Positions 9,217 through 18,976 are shown, counted from the first letter of the stretch. The stretch: DNA of 30,853 bases from a bacterium (GCA_028719205.1 JAQUKH010000006.1:62001-92853), one strand, 5' to 3'. Translations and numbers: made by a program. Notes: generated from the sequence alone by a model not told the origin.

Positions 9217-11691
9217 ATGGAACCTTCTATTGTAAAAAAAGAAAATGTTATTTCTCTTGTAGAAAAACAGAAATCGGCCGTTTTAGAGCATTCCCCGGTA
9301 TCCGCCATTAAACATGTCCGGAAACGGAATGGCGAGACAGTAGATTTTGACCAGTCTAAGATCACTGAAGCGATATATAAAGCCGCGCGGGCGGTAGGCG
9401 GAGATGACAGGTTATTGGCAGAGGAAATTTCCAATGCTGTTTCTATGTATTTGAAAAAATTGTATAAAGAAAAGGTTCCCGGCGTTGAAGAAATACAGGA
9501 TGTGGTGGAAAAAGTTCTGATCGAAATGGGGCATGCTAAAACAGCTAAAGCATATATTTTATACAGGGCAAGAAGAAGTGAGATCCGTAAGTCAAAGATA
9601 GAGGCCTTAAAGGATGAAAGGCTAAGTCTCGCGGGCGATTCGACTGATATTTCGCTTTTTGTAAGGACCTCCGATGAGGATATTGTAGGCTGGGATAAAT
9701 ACCGGATCATTAACGCCTTGATCCGTGAAACCGGCCTCGATTTTGCTTATGCCAGGAAGATTTCTCAGGATGTAGAGGAACAAATAATAAATTCCAAGAT
9801 CAAAATGATCACCTCTCCTCTTATACGTGAACTTGTTAACGCTAAATTGATCGAATACGGATTTGAGAATGAACGTAAAAAACATACACGTTTGGGTGTT
9901 CCTGTTTTTGACGCGGAGCAGATCATTGTCAACCGCAATTGTGAAAATGCCAATGTTCCTCATAATCCGGAGGCTACAAATATGACCCTGGCGGAGAACA
10001 TTAAAAAGGAATTCGCGCTGCTTAATGTTTTCTCGTCTGAAGTCGCGGACGCTCATAGTAAAGGCGATATTCATCTCCATGACCTGGGTTTTATTGACAG
10101 GCCTTACTGTTCCGGGCAGTCGGTTGAATATATTAAAAAATTCGGATTAGATCTGCCAAACGCTCTTTCTATTGCCAAACCGCCGAAACATCCGGAAGTA
10201 TTACTCGCGCAAATGCTCAAGATGTCAGCAGCTTTGCAGGGGCACTTCGCGGGCGCGATCGGCTGGGACGCGATAAATGTTTTCTTCGCTCCGTTTTTGG
10301 TCGGCATGTCAAAAGGCGAAATGCGGCAATTAGCGCAGATGCTGATCTTTGAATACTCTCAGCAAGCTGTAGCCCGCGGAGGACAGGCAATTTTCAGCGA
10401 TATAAACATTTATTGGGAAACTCCTAAACATTTTGCCGATGTTCCGGCAATAGGCCCAGGAGGGACTTATACCGGGAAAACTTACGCGGAATATTTAAAA
10501 CCCGCGCAGGATTTCGCATGGGCGTTGTTTGATGTTTATAAAGAGGGCGATGGTGTCGGAAGGCCTTTTTTCTTTCCGAAACCTTTAGTTCATATGACAG
10601 AAAGATTTTTTCATACCGAAGGGCATGAGAAATTTTTACATCACATTTCAGAGGTGGCTACTGAAAAGGGGAATACATATTTTGTTTTTGACCGCGGCGA
10701 AACCGCGAAAATAAGTGAATGCTGCCGTTTGTCGTTTAAACTTGAAGGGACGGATTTTGATGACGCGAAAGAACCCTGGCGTATGAGGTATTCGGCGATC
10801 CAGAACGTCACGGTTAATTTGCCGAGAATAGCTTATCTGGCCAAGCATGACGACGCGAAACTTTTTGAACTGATCGATAAACAACTTGAGCTTTCATGCC
10901 AGGCGCACAGGGAAAAGAAGGCTTTTATTGAAAAGATACTCAGCCTTGGAAGCAAAGGCCCGCTTGCGATGTTAACGATGAAAAGAGATGATTATCCTTA
11001 TTTAAAGATGCATCGCGCCACCTATTTACTTGGGATCCTTGGTTTGAATGAAATGGTCCAATATCATCTTGGAAAACAACTGCATGAAGACAATGATATG
11101 TTGAAATTTGGATTAAAAATAATCGCCCATATGAATTTAAAGGCAAAAGAATTAAACAAAACGTACGGAATGAAACTTGTTTTGGAGCAGACCCCGGCGG
11201 AGTCTACCGCATATCGTTTCGCGAAACTGGACATGCGGCATTTCCCCGGTGAAACCAAACAGGTGATTAAAGGCAACATTGATAAAATGGAAATATATTA
11301 TACAAATTCCACTTATTTGAATGTCGGGATAGAGCTTAGTTCTATTGACCGCGTGAAACAGGAAGGCTTATTTCATCCGTTGATCGACGCGGGCGCTTTG
11401 ACTCATGTCTGGCTGGGAGAGAGCCGTCCGTCACCTGAATCCATAGCTAATTTTGTTGTTAAAACGTTCCGTCATACCCAGAATGCCCAGATCGCGTTTT
11501 CTCCTGAATTTACGTCGTGTAACGCCTGCGGCAGAACTACCCGCGGATTACGCGGGGAATGTTCATATTGCGGTTCCGCGGATGTTGACGGGATCACACG
11601 GATAACCGGATATTATACAAAGATCTCGAGTTGGAACAAAGGAAAACTTGGGGAATTAGCAGATCGACGCAGGGATATAAATCTGGTTTAA
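9217..11691 (+). CDS. nrdD: Anaerobic (class III) ribonucleoside-triphosphate reductase with tandem ATP cones
   Basis: ATP cone VRKRNG..FDQSKI and a second cone (VRTSDEDIVGWDKYRI); GDIHLHDL; TPAESTAYRFA; YYTNS; CxxC..CxxC; glycyl-radical motif RITGYY. Confidence 0.95.
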   Translation: MEPSIVKKENVISLVEKQKSAVLEHSPVSAIKHVRKRNGETVDFDQSKITEAIYKAARAVGGDDRLLAEEISNAVSMYLKKLYKEKVPGVEEIQDVVEKVLIEMGHAKTAKAYILYRARRSEIRKSKIEALKDERLSLAGDSTDISLFVRTSDEDIVGWDKYRIINALIRETGLDFAYARKISQDVEEQIINSKIKMITSPLIRELVNAKLIEYGFENERKKHTRLGVPVFDAEQIIVNRNCENANVPHNPEATNMTLAENIKKEFALLNVFSSEVADAHSKGDIHLHDLGFIDRPYCSGQSVEYIKKFGLDLPNALSIAKPPKHPEVLLAQMLKMSAALQGHFAGAIGWDAINVFFAPFLVGMSKGEMRQLAQMLIFEYSQQAVARGGQAIFSDINIYWETPKHFADVPAIGPGGTYTGKTYAEYLKPAQDFAWALFDVYKEGDGVGRPFFFPKPLVHMTERFFHTEGHEKFLHHISEVATEKGNTYFVFDRGETAKISECCRLSFKLEGTDFDDAKEPWRMRYSAIQNVTVNLPRIAYLAKHDDAKLFELIDKQLELSCQAHREKKAFIEKILSLGSKGPLAMLTMKRDDYPYLKMHRATYLLGILGLNEMVQYHLGKQLHEDNDMLKFGLKIIAHMNLKAKELNKTYGMKLVLEQTPAESTAYRFAKLDMRHFPGETKQVIKGNIDKMEIYYTNSTYLNVGIELSSIDRVKQEGLFHPLIDAGALTHVWLGESRPSPESIANFVVKTFRHTQNAQIAFSPEFTSCNACGRTTRGLRGECSYCGSADVDGITRITGYYTKISSWNKGKLGELADRRRDINLV

Positions 11692-11696
11692 AACTT

Positions 11697-11732
11697 AACC
11701 CCCATATCCCCCTTATCAGGGGGAATATATGG
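11697..11732. repeat. Poly-C/poly-G palindromic (REP-like) element
   Basis: AACCCCCATATCCCCCTTATCAGGGGGAATATATGG; core CCCCCT-TATC-AGGGGG. Confidence 0.4.
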
Positions 11733-11743
11733 ATAGGAAAATT

Positions 11744-11992
11744 ATGATAAAAATTTTTACAAAAAAGGATTGCCCGCGTTGTCCGGGAGCTAAAGAGTTA
11801 GGTCAGAAATTGCATGAAAAGGGAAAAAAGGTGGAATATTTTGATATAGATACCGCCTCCGGCCTGGCGGAAGCGAGTTTTTATACTGTTATGTCCACGC
11901 CGACTGTTATTTTAACCAACCAAAAGGGTGATGAAATAAGTTCCTGGCGGGGCGAAGTTCCAAGTTTAAACAGTATCCTGCCAAATTGCTAG
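11744..11992 (+). CDS. Thioredoxin/glutaredoxin-like redoxin (NrdH-like)
   Basis: CPRC active site, VMSTPT cis-Pro motif, directly after nrdD. Alternative start at 11729. Confidence 0.8.
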   Translation: MIKIFTKKDCPRCPGAKELGQKLHEKGKKVEYFDIDTASGLAEASFYTVMSTPTVILTNQKGDEISSWRGEVPSLNSILPNC

Positions 11993-12016
11993 AAAAATTT
12001 TAATAATTTTTGTCTT

Positions 12017-12053
12017 AAAATAGCTGATGAGAGTTCGTCAGCTATTTTTTTTT
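12017..12053 (+). terminator. Intrinsic terminator after nrdD-redoxin
   Basis: AAAATAGCTGATGA-GAGT-TCGTCAGCTATTTT hairpin followed by a T run. Confidence 0.75.
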
Positions 12054-12121
12054 ATGATTGTGTTTTTTTTCTTTATGGTTTAAAATAAAATAAACCGTTG
12101 TAGCATGGAAGGAGAGCTTTT

Positions 12122-12814
12122 ATGGTGATAAAAGGTTTTATAGAAACTTCTTTTGTGGATTGGGACGGAAAAATATGCTCGGTTATTTTTTTACCGGGCT
12201 GTAATTTTAAATGTGTCTTTTGCCATAATCATAAGCTGGTGTTTAACTATAAGGACCTGCCGGATATTTCATGGAATGAGATCAAGAAAAAATTATTACA
12301 TCATAAAGGATGGGTTGACGGGGTTTGCATAAGCGGCGGAGAGCCGTTGATGGATCCTGACCTGCTTTCTGTAATTGAAGAAATAAGAGACCTGGATCTT
12401 TTGGTAAAGCTGGATACAAACGGATCATTCCCTGATCTGTTAAAAAATTTATTTAAAAAGAAACTGATCAATTATGTCGCGATGGATATAAAAGCTCCGC
12501 TGGATGAGCGCTATGGCCGTATCACTCAGGTTAAGGTGGATTTATCAAAGATCAGGGAAAGTATAAAGCTGATCTTAAAAAGCAGAATTGATTATGAATT
12601 CAGGACGACCATGGTTCCGGGTTATCTGGGAAAAGATGAATTGGTCGCGATCGCCAAAGAAATAAAAGGCGCGAAGAAATTTATTTTACAGAATTTTAAT
12701 CCTAAGGATACATTGTGCGATAATTTGAAGGATGTCCAGCCCTATACGGACAAGGAAATGGATGGTTTTAAAAGGGCGATAGAAAAATATGTAGAATTTT
12801 CAAAGGTACGATAA
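12122..12814 (+). CDS. nrdG: Anaerobic ribonucleotide reductase activating radical SAM protein
   Basis: GCNFKCVFCHN, ISGGEP, KLDTNGS, AMDIKAP, YEFRTT; adjacent to nrdD. Confidence 0.9.
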   Translation: MVIKGFIETSFVDWDGKICSVIFLPGCNFKCVFCHNHKLVFNYKDLPDISWNEIKKKLLHHKGWVDGVCISGGEPLMDPDLLSVIEEIRDLDLLVKLDTNGSFPDLLKNLFKKKLINYVAMDIKAPLDERYGRITQVKVDLSKIRESIKLILKSRIDYEFRTTMVPGYLGKDELVAIAKEIKGAKKFILQNFNPKDTLCDNLKDVQPYTDKEMDGFKRAIEKYVEFSKVR

Positions 12815-12978
12815 TGATGTTCTGAAAAATAGTAAGATATTTATCTGTTTTTTTGGGGGAATAGCGGAAAGCTAAGAAACGAAATTTGTCTGAACAGATC
12901 GAAAAAATATTGATTGATATACTGGAAAGAAAATTTACAAAAAAACTGTTTAAATCGTACAAACAAAAAGTAATTTTG

Positions 12979-14271
12979 CTACCATTGGGGTATATTATTT
13001 GTCCATGCATGAAGGTTGACAAAGAAGTAAACATAATTTGAGTCGCTGAAGAACATTCTAAGATCACCATCTTGAGATATAACAAATGCAAGTGCACCTT
13101 TAACTGCTTTGCAAATTCTAAACGCAGATTGGTGTCTTGTCCCAAGTGTATGGATTTCATCTTCAGAAGCTATCTTTTTAGAGTAATAATCAGCATATTT
13201 AAGACCAGATTTATTTATTTCTTCATCATTTATCAAAATCTTCCCACCAAAACCACATAAGTTAAGTGATCTATCAATAAGAACACATCCGTCCACTTTG
13301 CTTAAAGTTGCAACTGCTTTTATTGCCTCAAAAAGTTTACGATAACCCGAATTCCATATGCGCCCCAAATTTTTGAGCTGTTCGATATCCTTTATGTTTT
13401 GTATTTCTATACAGGTTTGCCAAAAGTCTTTGATTGTTGTTGTGAGTGAAATTTCTTGAAGTTTGTACTTGAATTTTATATATTGAACATTTGTTTCAGG
13501 AAGGATAATGAAAGCTGCACCGGTGCGATTTTCTATCGCTTCGGATAGCAATCCAGACAATAATTGTACTACAAGACTATAAATACCGTCACTACCACCA
13601 AAGTAATCTTTATATTCTTCATGACCGTTTTTAAATAGTGCTTTGTGAATAATTTTACTTAATTCTGAGATCCAATTTTGGACTACTGGTACCCTAGAGA
13701 ATGGTATAATTTCTTTTATTTTTCCGTATTTTAGCATTAAAGATAATCTCTTTTCAGTAATTCGTATTTCTCCCGGCATGTTTATACGTATTAACAAGCC
13801 TGGGAGGGTTGATCTTATATCAACTTCAGGTCTACCAAAAAGCCTTCCGGATTCATCATCTATAGTTGTAACAATTCCGTTACAGAAAAGCTCTTGTTTT
13901 GATTCAACGATTTCCAGAGCATAATCAAGAGAGTCGGAACAGGAAGCAGTAGCGAGACGACGCAATGTATCGATATTGTTGACCAGAATGGGAGGATTAA
14001 AAGTGATTAACCTTGGTGGATTGTTGCCAATTCCTTCCATTGGAACATAAATACGAAATCGTGGATAACGCCCTTCTTCATGAATTTGACTCACATAGTA
14101 GCTCAATTTTAAGAGTGTTCGAACTGCTCCATCGGAGGGATTAAAATTATAACTTGGAAATGTGCGTCGTGTCCAATTTCGCCAACTGATAGATATATCA
14201 GCAAGTTGATCGGGTCCGGCGAAACCTTCAATATTTGGAACAGACCAATATTCTTTCTTTTCAGAAGTCAT
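12979..14271 (-). CDS. Putative sensor-domain + DisA_N/diadenylate cyclase-like protein
   Basis: C-terminal LSKVDGCVLID...GTRHQSA...AFVISQDG matches the DAC DGA/RHR/SxxG layout; soluble N-terminal region containing EEGR. Confidence 0.7.
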   Translation of the reverse strand: MTSEKKEYWSVPNIEGFAGPDQLADISISWRNWTRRTFPSYNFNPSDGAVRTLLKLSYYVSQIHEEGRYPRFRIYVPMEGIGNNPPRLITFNPPILVNNIDTLRRLATASCSDSLDYALEIVESKQELFCNGIVTTIDDESGRLFGRPEVDIRSTLPGLLIRINMPGEIRITEKRLSLMLKYGKIKEIIPFSRVPVVQNWISELSKIIHKALFKNGHEEYKDYFGGSDGIYSLVVQLLSGLLSEAIENRTGAAFIILPETNVQYIKFKYKLQEISLTTTIKDFWQTCIEIQNIKDIEQLKNLGRIWNSGYRKLFEAIKAVATLSKVDGCVLIDRSLNLCGFGGKILINDEEINKSGLKYADYYSKKIASEDEIHTLGTRHQSAFRICKAVKGALAFVISQDGDLRMFFSDSNYVYFFVNLHAWTNNIPQW

Positions 14272-14360
14272 TTGTGAAAATACTTAAATTAAAAATTAAT
14301 AGAATACTTTACATTAATTATAGTTTTGGTTAATAATTTCTTGAAACCGACTACTGTTTA

Positions 14361-14393
14361 ATTATATCATATAATTCAACAATTTCGTGTCAA
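14361..14393 (-). promoter_or_regulatory. Possible sigma-70 promoter for the DAC-like gene
   Basis: Minus strand TTGACA-16 nt-TATGAT, overlapping TG-A-TATAAT; AT-rich context lowers specificity. Confidence 0.4.
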
Positions 14394-14452
14394 TGAAAAT
14401 AGTTGCAAGATAAAATTATTGAAATTTGTGTAATTTGTAAGATATCTGTTGA

Positions 14453-14749
14453 TTAGGGTAAATATTTGTCTATGTCAAGAGCACCGTGAAAGATACCAAG
14501 TATATCTACTTGGTCAGATCCTCGTATAAGGTAAGTAATGCGGTAATGTCCATATAAAAGAATACGAATGTCGCCTTCAATCTCTGTCCGGTATTTATGT
14601 CCGATATCTGGAAATTTAATGAGTATCTGTGCTTTCTCGTATATGCCTTCGATAACTGTAATAGCCGCACTTGGATTATCTATAGCTATATAATCATATA
14701 TATCCTTAAGCCAACGTTCAGCTTCTTTTGTCCAGATTATTTTTGCCAT
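14453..14749 (-). CDS. Type II toxin, RelE/ParE family
   Basis: IIWTKEAERWLKDIYDYIAIDNPSAA...FPDIG...YRITY...ILGIFHGA; overlaps the upstream small gene. Confidence 0.9.
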   Translation of the reverse strand: MAKIIWTKEAERWLKDIYDYIAIDNPSAAITVIEGIYEKAQILIKFPDIGHKYRTEIEGDIRILLYGHYRITYLIRGSDQVDILGIFHGALDIDKYLP

Positions 14750-14922
14750 GCCCGTATCCGATGCTGCATCTCGTCATTAGAAATTACTTTGCCGCTGCGA
14801 GAATCTTCTAAACCACGTTCAACCATACGTTCAAAAGCAAGTTCACGGATAATTTCTTCATAAGTAGCGTCTTCCGGCTGTTTCTGGATTATTTCCGACA
14901 TTCGTGTTTTAACTGATAACAT
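14737..14922 (-). CDS. Cognate antitoxin (61 aa)
   Basis: PEDATYEEIIREL...VERGLEDSRSGKVIS; AAGGGG RBS before ATG 14922; 13-nt overlap with the toxin. Confidence 0.8.
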   Translation of the reverse strand: MLSVKTRMSEIIQKQPEDATYEEIIRELAFERMVERGLEDSRSGKVISNDEMQHRIRAWQK

Positions 14923-15060
14923 TATAATACCCCTTATTTTATATTTTATTGTAACGAACAAAATAATATTATACGATAACTAAACGACCGTCAACAAAAT
15001 TTTGTTTTACCAACCTACATTGTTTCTTTGGACGATTTTTCTGACTTTTGTGCACTGGAA

Positions 15061-15086
15061 TGGATAAAAGCCGCGACTTTTATCCA
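15061..15086. repeat. Inverted repeat between pth and the TA module
   Basis: TGGATAAAAG-CCGCGA-CTTTTATCCA with perfect 10-bp arms and no U-tract after it. Confidence 0.55.
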
Positions 15087-15144
15087 AAGTGGTGAATAAT
15101 AGTCGGAATATCTACAATGTATATGCTTTGATTAAGACAAGGGG

Positions 15145-15708
15145 TCATGACCCCTTGTTAGCAAACTCCATTGCCGCGGCAATGCCTTTCCGGATAAATA
15201 TTTCAACGATCTCGGGTATATTCTTAAGTGAGTTCTGAATTGTTTCTTTTTCCCCCGGAGAGAAGGATTGGAGCACAAATTTTTCCCAGGCAGTATTATC
15301 CGGAGAGCCGATACCTACCCGCAGGCGCGGAAAATCGGAGGAACCCAGGCACTCTATGATCGATGTCATACCGTTGTGGCCTCCGGCGCTTCCATTCGGG
15401 CGCATGCGGAATTTCCCGAGAGGCAGGTTCAGGTCGTCGTAAATAATTAATATTTTATCTAAGGGGATAGCTCTTTTTTTGGAAATAAAACGCACAACCT
15501 CTCCGCTTTTATTCATAAAAGTGAGAGGCTGCGCAAGAATTACTTTTTCGTCAGATATTTCAAGGCGCGCGCCTTCATACAGGTCCTGGTATTTTTGCAA
15601 AGAAACATCAAATTTTTTTGATAATTCATTAATCGCCCAAAAACCAAGGTTGTGCCTTGTATTTGTATATTTCTTACCCGGATTACCCAGCCCAGCAATA
15701 AGGTACAC
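15145..15708 (-). CDS. pth: Peptidyl-tRNA hydrolase
   Basis: GLGNPG..Y..TRHNLG, PLTFMNKSG, GSAGGHNG, RLRVGIG. Confidence 0.97.
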   Translation of the reverse strand: MYLIAGLGNPGKKYTNTRHNLGFWAINELSKKFDVSLQKYQDLYEGARLEISDEKVILAQPLTFMNKSGEVVRFISKKRAIPLDKILIIYDDLNLPLGKFRMRPNGSAGGHNGMTSIIECLGSSDFPRLRVGIGSPDNTAWEKFVLQSFSPGEKETIQNSLKNIPEIVEIFIRKGIAAAMEFANKGS

Positions 15709-15717
15709 GCAGACTCC

Positions 15718-16458
15718 TTATTTTTTCTTTTCTTCCTTTTTCTTATCTTCTTTCTTCCCGGCGTCTTTCTTTCCCGCTTCTTTCTCTTCGCCCTCTTTTT
15801 CTTCACCCTCTTTTTCTTTCTTACCTATTACTTCAGGTTCAGCTTTCGCTGCTGCCGCTGCTGCTTCTACTTCAGTTGCCGCTTTAACTTCTTCTTTAGA
15901 AGGCGCTAACAGAGTTGCCGCGGTTTTATCTTTCGAGGTCAAAATTGTTACTCCCTCTATCGGGGTTATATTGCTTACCGTTATAGAATGGCCGATAGTA
16001 AGGCCGGAGACATCAAGCGTAAATTTCCCGGGAACCTTCAATGGAAGCGCTCTGATCTCTAAATTACGAATAACCTGTTCGAGTACGCCGCCTTCTTTGA
16101 CACCGGCAGGAATTCCAACCAGTTCAATAGGAACAGTAGTTACAAGTTCTTTATCCAACGATATTTCCTGAAAATCAACATGGATTATTGAATCGCTTAC
16201 TATGTCATACTGTATGTCTTTGAGAAGGGTAGTTTTCTCTATTTCTCCATCCTGTTTTTTTATAGCCAAATTAATGATCGCATGGCCGCCATGCACTTTT
16301 TTGGCTATTTTTTTAAATTCTTTCAGATCAAGTTCGAGAGGCAGAGAATTCCCGCTTCCGTACAGGACCCCGGGGATTATTGCCTGTTTTCTGATCCGGC
16401 GTGACGCGTTAGTTCCTTTTTGAGCTCTTGCTTTTACTTCAAATTGAAATACTTCCAT
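15718..16458 (-). CDS. rplY: 50S ribosomal protein L25/general stress protein Ctc
   Basis: RRIRKQAIIPGVLYG, IIHVDF, GVKEGG; lies between prs and pth. ATG 16458 preferred over the track start 16491. Confidence 0.95.
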   Translation of the reverse strand: MEVFQFEVKARAQKGTNASRRIRKQAIIPGVLYGSGNSLPLELDLKEFKKIAKKVHGGHAIINLAIKKQDGEIEKTTLLKDIQYDIVSDSIIHVDFQEISLDKELVTTVPIELVGIPAGVKEGGVLEQVIRNLEIRALPLKVPGKFTLDVSGLTIGHSITVSNITPIEGVTILTSKDKTAATLLAPSKEEVKAATEVEAAAAAAKAEPEVIGKKEKEGEEKEGEEKEAGKKDAGKKEDKKKEEKKK

Positions 16459-16483
16459 ATTTTTTTCCTTTCTTTCCTTAATT

Positions 16484-17428
16484 TTATACAAAAAGCGAAC
16501 TTACAGAATGATTTCTGTAAATTCGGATAATAGCCTCGCCTAACAGATCGGCTACCGATAGAATTTTTATCTTCGGGGACCGTTTGTTTTCCGGCAGCGG
16601 AATAGTGTCAGTTATAACCATTTGTTCTATGGGTGATTCATTTATTTTTTCAATTGCCGATCCTGAAAGTATAGCATGTGTTCCTGCCGCGAAGATCCTT
16701 TTTGCGCCTTTATTTTTTAAAGCTATAGCCGCCTTGGTCAGTGTTCCCGCGGTATCAATTATATCATCAAGCATGATTATATCTTTATTTTCCACATCCC
16801 CGATAATATTCATAATTTCCGCTTCATTTTTTTTGATCCTGCGTTTATCAATTATGGCGAGTGATGCCTTAAGCCGTTTGGCGAAGGACCTGGACCGTTC
16901 AACACCTCCGGCATCCGGAGAGACTACAACGGGTTCTTCCAAAAGGCCGTTAAAATGGTTAAGGAATACCGGTGTGGCAAACAGGTTATCTACCGGTATA
17001 TCAAAGAATCCCTGTATCTGGCCGGCATGGAGATCCATGGTTATGAGCCTGTCAATCCCGGCTTTGGTCATCAGGTTTGCTACGAGCTTAGCGGTTATCG
17101 GAACCCTGGGTTCGGTTTTTCTGTCCTGCCTGGCATAGGAAAAATACGGGATAACAGCTGTAATTTTACTTGCGGAGGACCTTCTTAAAGCGTCCACCAT
17201 GATCAAAAGTTCCATCAGGTGGTTATTTACCGGATTACAAAGAGATTGAATAACAAATACTTCCGCTCCGCGGACATTTTCAGTAATTTTTACAAGTATT
17301 TCTCCGTCGCTGAAAACCGATGTCTCAGAATTTCCGAGAGGCAATTTAAGGTATTTGCAGATGTTTTCCGCAAGGCTTACATTCGCGGTTCCGCTGAATA
17401 TTTTTATGTCATGATTAACAGCTGTCAT
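16484..17428 (-). CDS. prs: Ribose-phosphate pyrophosphokinase
   Basis: FSDGE, YARQDRK, DLHAGQIQGFF, VSPDAGG, DDIIDTAGT. Confidence 0.98.
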   Translation of the reverse strand: MTAVNHDIKIFSGTANVSLAENICKYLKLPLGNSETSVFSDGEILVKITENVRGAEVFVIQSLCNPVNNHLMELLIMVDALRRSSASKITAVIPYFSYARQDRKTEPRVPITAKLVANLMTKAGIDRLITMDLHAGQIQGFFDIPVDNLFATPVFLNHFNGLLEEPVVVSPDAGGVERSRSFAKRLKASLAIIDKRRIKKNEAEIMNIIGDVENKDIIMLDDIIDTAGTLTKAAIALKNKGAKRIFAAGTHAILSGSAIEKINESPIEQMVITDTIPLPENKRSPKIKILSVADLLGEAIIRIYRNHSVSSLFV

Positions 17429-18822
17429 GTATTCTCCTGTTTTTTATTTTTAAATTTTTTATTTGCACCGTTTTCGATATTAATTTGTTTCATCCTTGAT
17501 AAGGATAAAGAAAAAGCCGGCACGTTTTTTGTTATAGTAGAACCCGCGCCTATCAACGCGCCTTTTCCGACCTTAACAGGCGCTACTAATTGGGAATCAC
17601 TTCCTATAAAAGCGTCATTTTCTATAATTGTCTGATATTTTTTAATACCGTCATAATTACAGGTGATTGTTCCTGCCCCGATATTAACCTCATTTCCTAT
17701 TATACTATCACCTAAATAGGATAAATGTCCAATTTTTGTTTTTTTACCGATAAAAGATTTCTTAACTTCCACAAAACTGCCGAGATGCGCTTCATTATTA
17801 ACTACAGTTTGAGGCCTTATATTGGTAAACGGGCCGATCCTGATTTTGTCTTTTATAACGCTTTCATTGATAACCGAAAAAAATATTTCACTTTCATTGC
17901 CTATCTTACAATTTTTTATCTTTATTTGAGGCCCCAAAGAACAGTTTTTCCCGATAATATTTTCACCTTCAATAATGGAAAAAGGATAAATAACGGTATC
18001 CGCGCCGATCCTGGTATTTTCAGAAATAAAAGTTGTATCCGGATCAATGATCGTTATACCGGAAAGCATAAGTTTATTGAGTATTTCTTTCCGTTTATAT
18101 TTTTCCGCCCACGCGAGATCGACCTTTGTATTTATGCCGCGGATCTCATCCTCATTTGTTATCAGGAACGAAGATGTTTTTAGTCCCTTGGAATGTAAAA
18201 TAGCAATAACATCTGTAAGATAATATTCCTTTTTTTTGTTATTTGTTTGAACATTTTTTAAGGCTTTAAACAGGGCATCTGTTTCAAAACAGTATATGCC
18301 GGAATTAATTTCGTCAATATTCTTCTCGTCGGGATCAGCGTCCAATTCTTCAACGATCTTCAGGATCTCTCCATTTTTCTTGACGATCCTGCCGTAACCT
18401 GCCGGGTTTTTGATCCTGCAGGTAAGCACAGTAGCCGATGACCGGGAATTATGATGCTGTTTTAAAAGGCCTTTTAATGTTTTTACTGAAATAAAGGGCG
18501 TATCAGCGCATAAAACTATTAACGTACCATTTTGATCCTTAAAATAAGTTTCCAACTGGTTTATCGCGTGTCCGGTCCCCAATTGTTTATCCTGAATTAC
18601 CGGTGTTACCTGCTCAGATAAGGTTTTTAAAAGTATTTCCTTCTGGTGGCCGATGATCATGAAAATATTTTTTACGGTTAGACCCTTTATTGTTTCCAAA
18701 ATATACCGTATCATCGGTTTTCCGCAAATAGGATGAAGCACCTTAGGATGTTCGCTTTTCATCCTTGTTCCTTTGCCTGCCGCTAATATAGCAATGTTTA
18801 TATTATTTTTATTTTTTTTCAT
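17425..18822 (-). CDS. glmU: Bifunctional UDP-GlcNAc pyrophosphorylase/glucosamine-1-P acetyltransferase
   Basis: LAAGKGTRMKS, QLGTGHA, EYYLTD, hexapeptide repeats, HLSYLGD, NYDG. Confidence 0.97.
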   Translation of the reverse strand: MKKNKNNINIAILAAGKGTRMKSEHPKVLHPICGKPMIRYILETIKGLTVKNIFMIIGHQKEILLKTLSEQVTPVIQDKQLGTGHAINQLETYFKDQNGTLIVLCADTPFISVKTLKGLLKQHHNSRSSATVLTCRIKNPAGYGRIVKKNGEILKIVEELDADPDEKNIDEINSGIYCFETDALFKALKNVQTNNKKKEYYLTDVIAILHSKGLKTSSFLITNEDEIRGINTKVDLAWAEKYKRKEILNKLMLSGITIIDPDTTFISENTRIGADTVIYPFSIIEGENIIGKNCSLGPQIKIKNCKIGNESEIFFSVINESVIKDKIRIGPFTNIRPQTVVNNEAHLGSFVEVKKSFIGKKTKIGHLSYLGDSIIGNEVNIGAGTITCNYDGIKKYQTIIENDAFIGSDSQLVAPVKVGKGALIGAGSTITKNVPAFSLSLSRMKQINIENGANKKFKNKKQENT

Positions 18823-18850
18823 ATTCGTTTAAAATATTTTTAAGGTGTAT

Positions 18851-18879
18851 ACAATACCATATAACCTTATAATTGTCAA
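18851..18879 (-). promoter_or_regulatory. Sigma-70-type promoter of glmU-prs-rplY-pth
   Basis: Minus strand TTGACA-17 nt-TATTGT with an extended -10 TG. Confidence 0.5.
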
Positions 18880-18917
18880 GATTTGGGTTTATTGGGTTTC
18901 TTAAGCTTGATTTTTGC

Positions 18918-18946
18918 TTGACTGGTTAACGTTATTAAAGTAGAAT
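18918..18946 (+). promoter_or_regulatory. Sigma-70-type promoter of glmS
   Basis: TTGACT-17 nt-TAGAAT. Confidence 0.55.
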
Positions 18947-18976
18947 TACCTAAAATTATAGTGTGAAAGGATGCTT

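Noticed and set aside
15718-15860. Purine/pyrimidine-skewed low-complexity stretch
   Set aside because: It encodes the usual Ala/Lys/Glu-rich tail of L25/Ctc.
9075-18183. Longer antisense ORFs (9075-9710, 15479-16171, 16584-17138, 17725-18183) and 12768-13160
   Set aside because: They overlap confidently identified genes and have no recognisable motifs.
18823-18976. glmS ribozyme
   Set aside because: The predicted promoter leaves only about 25 nt of leader and no ribozyme core was seen.
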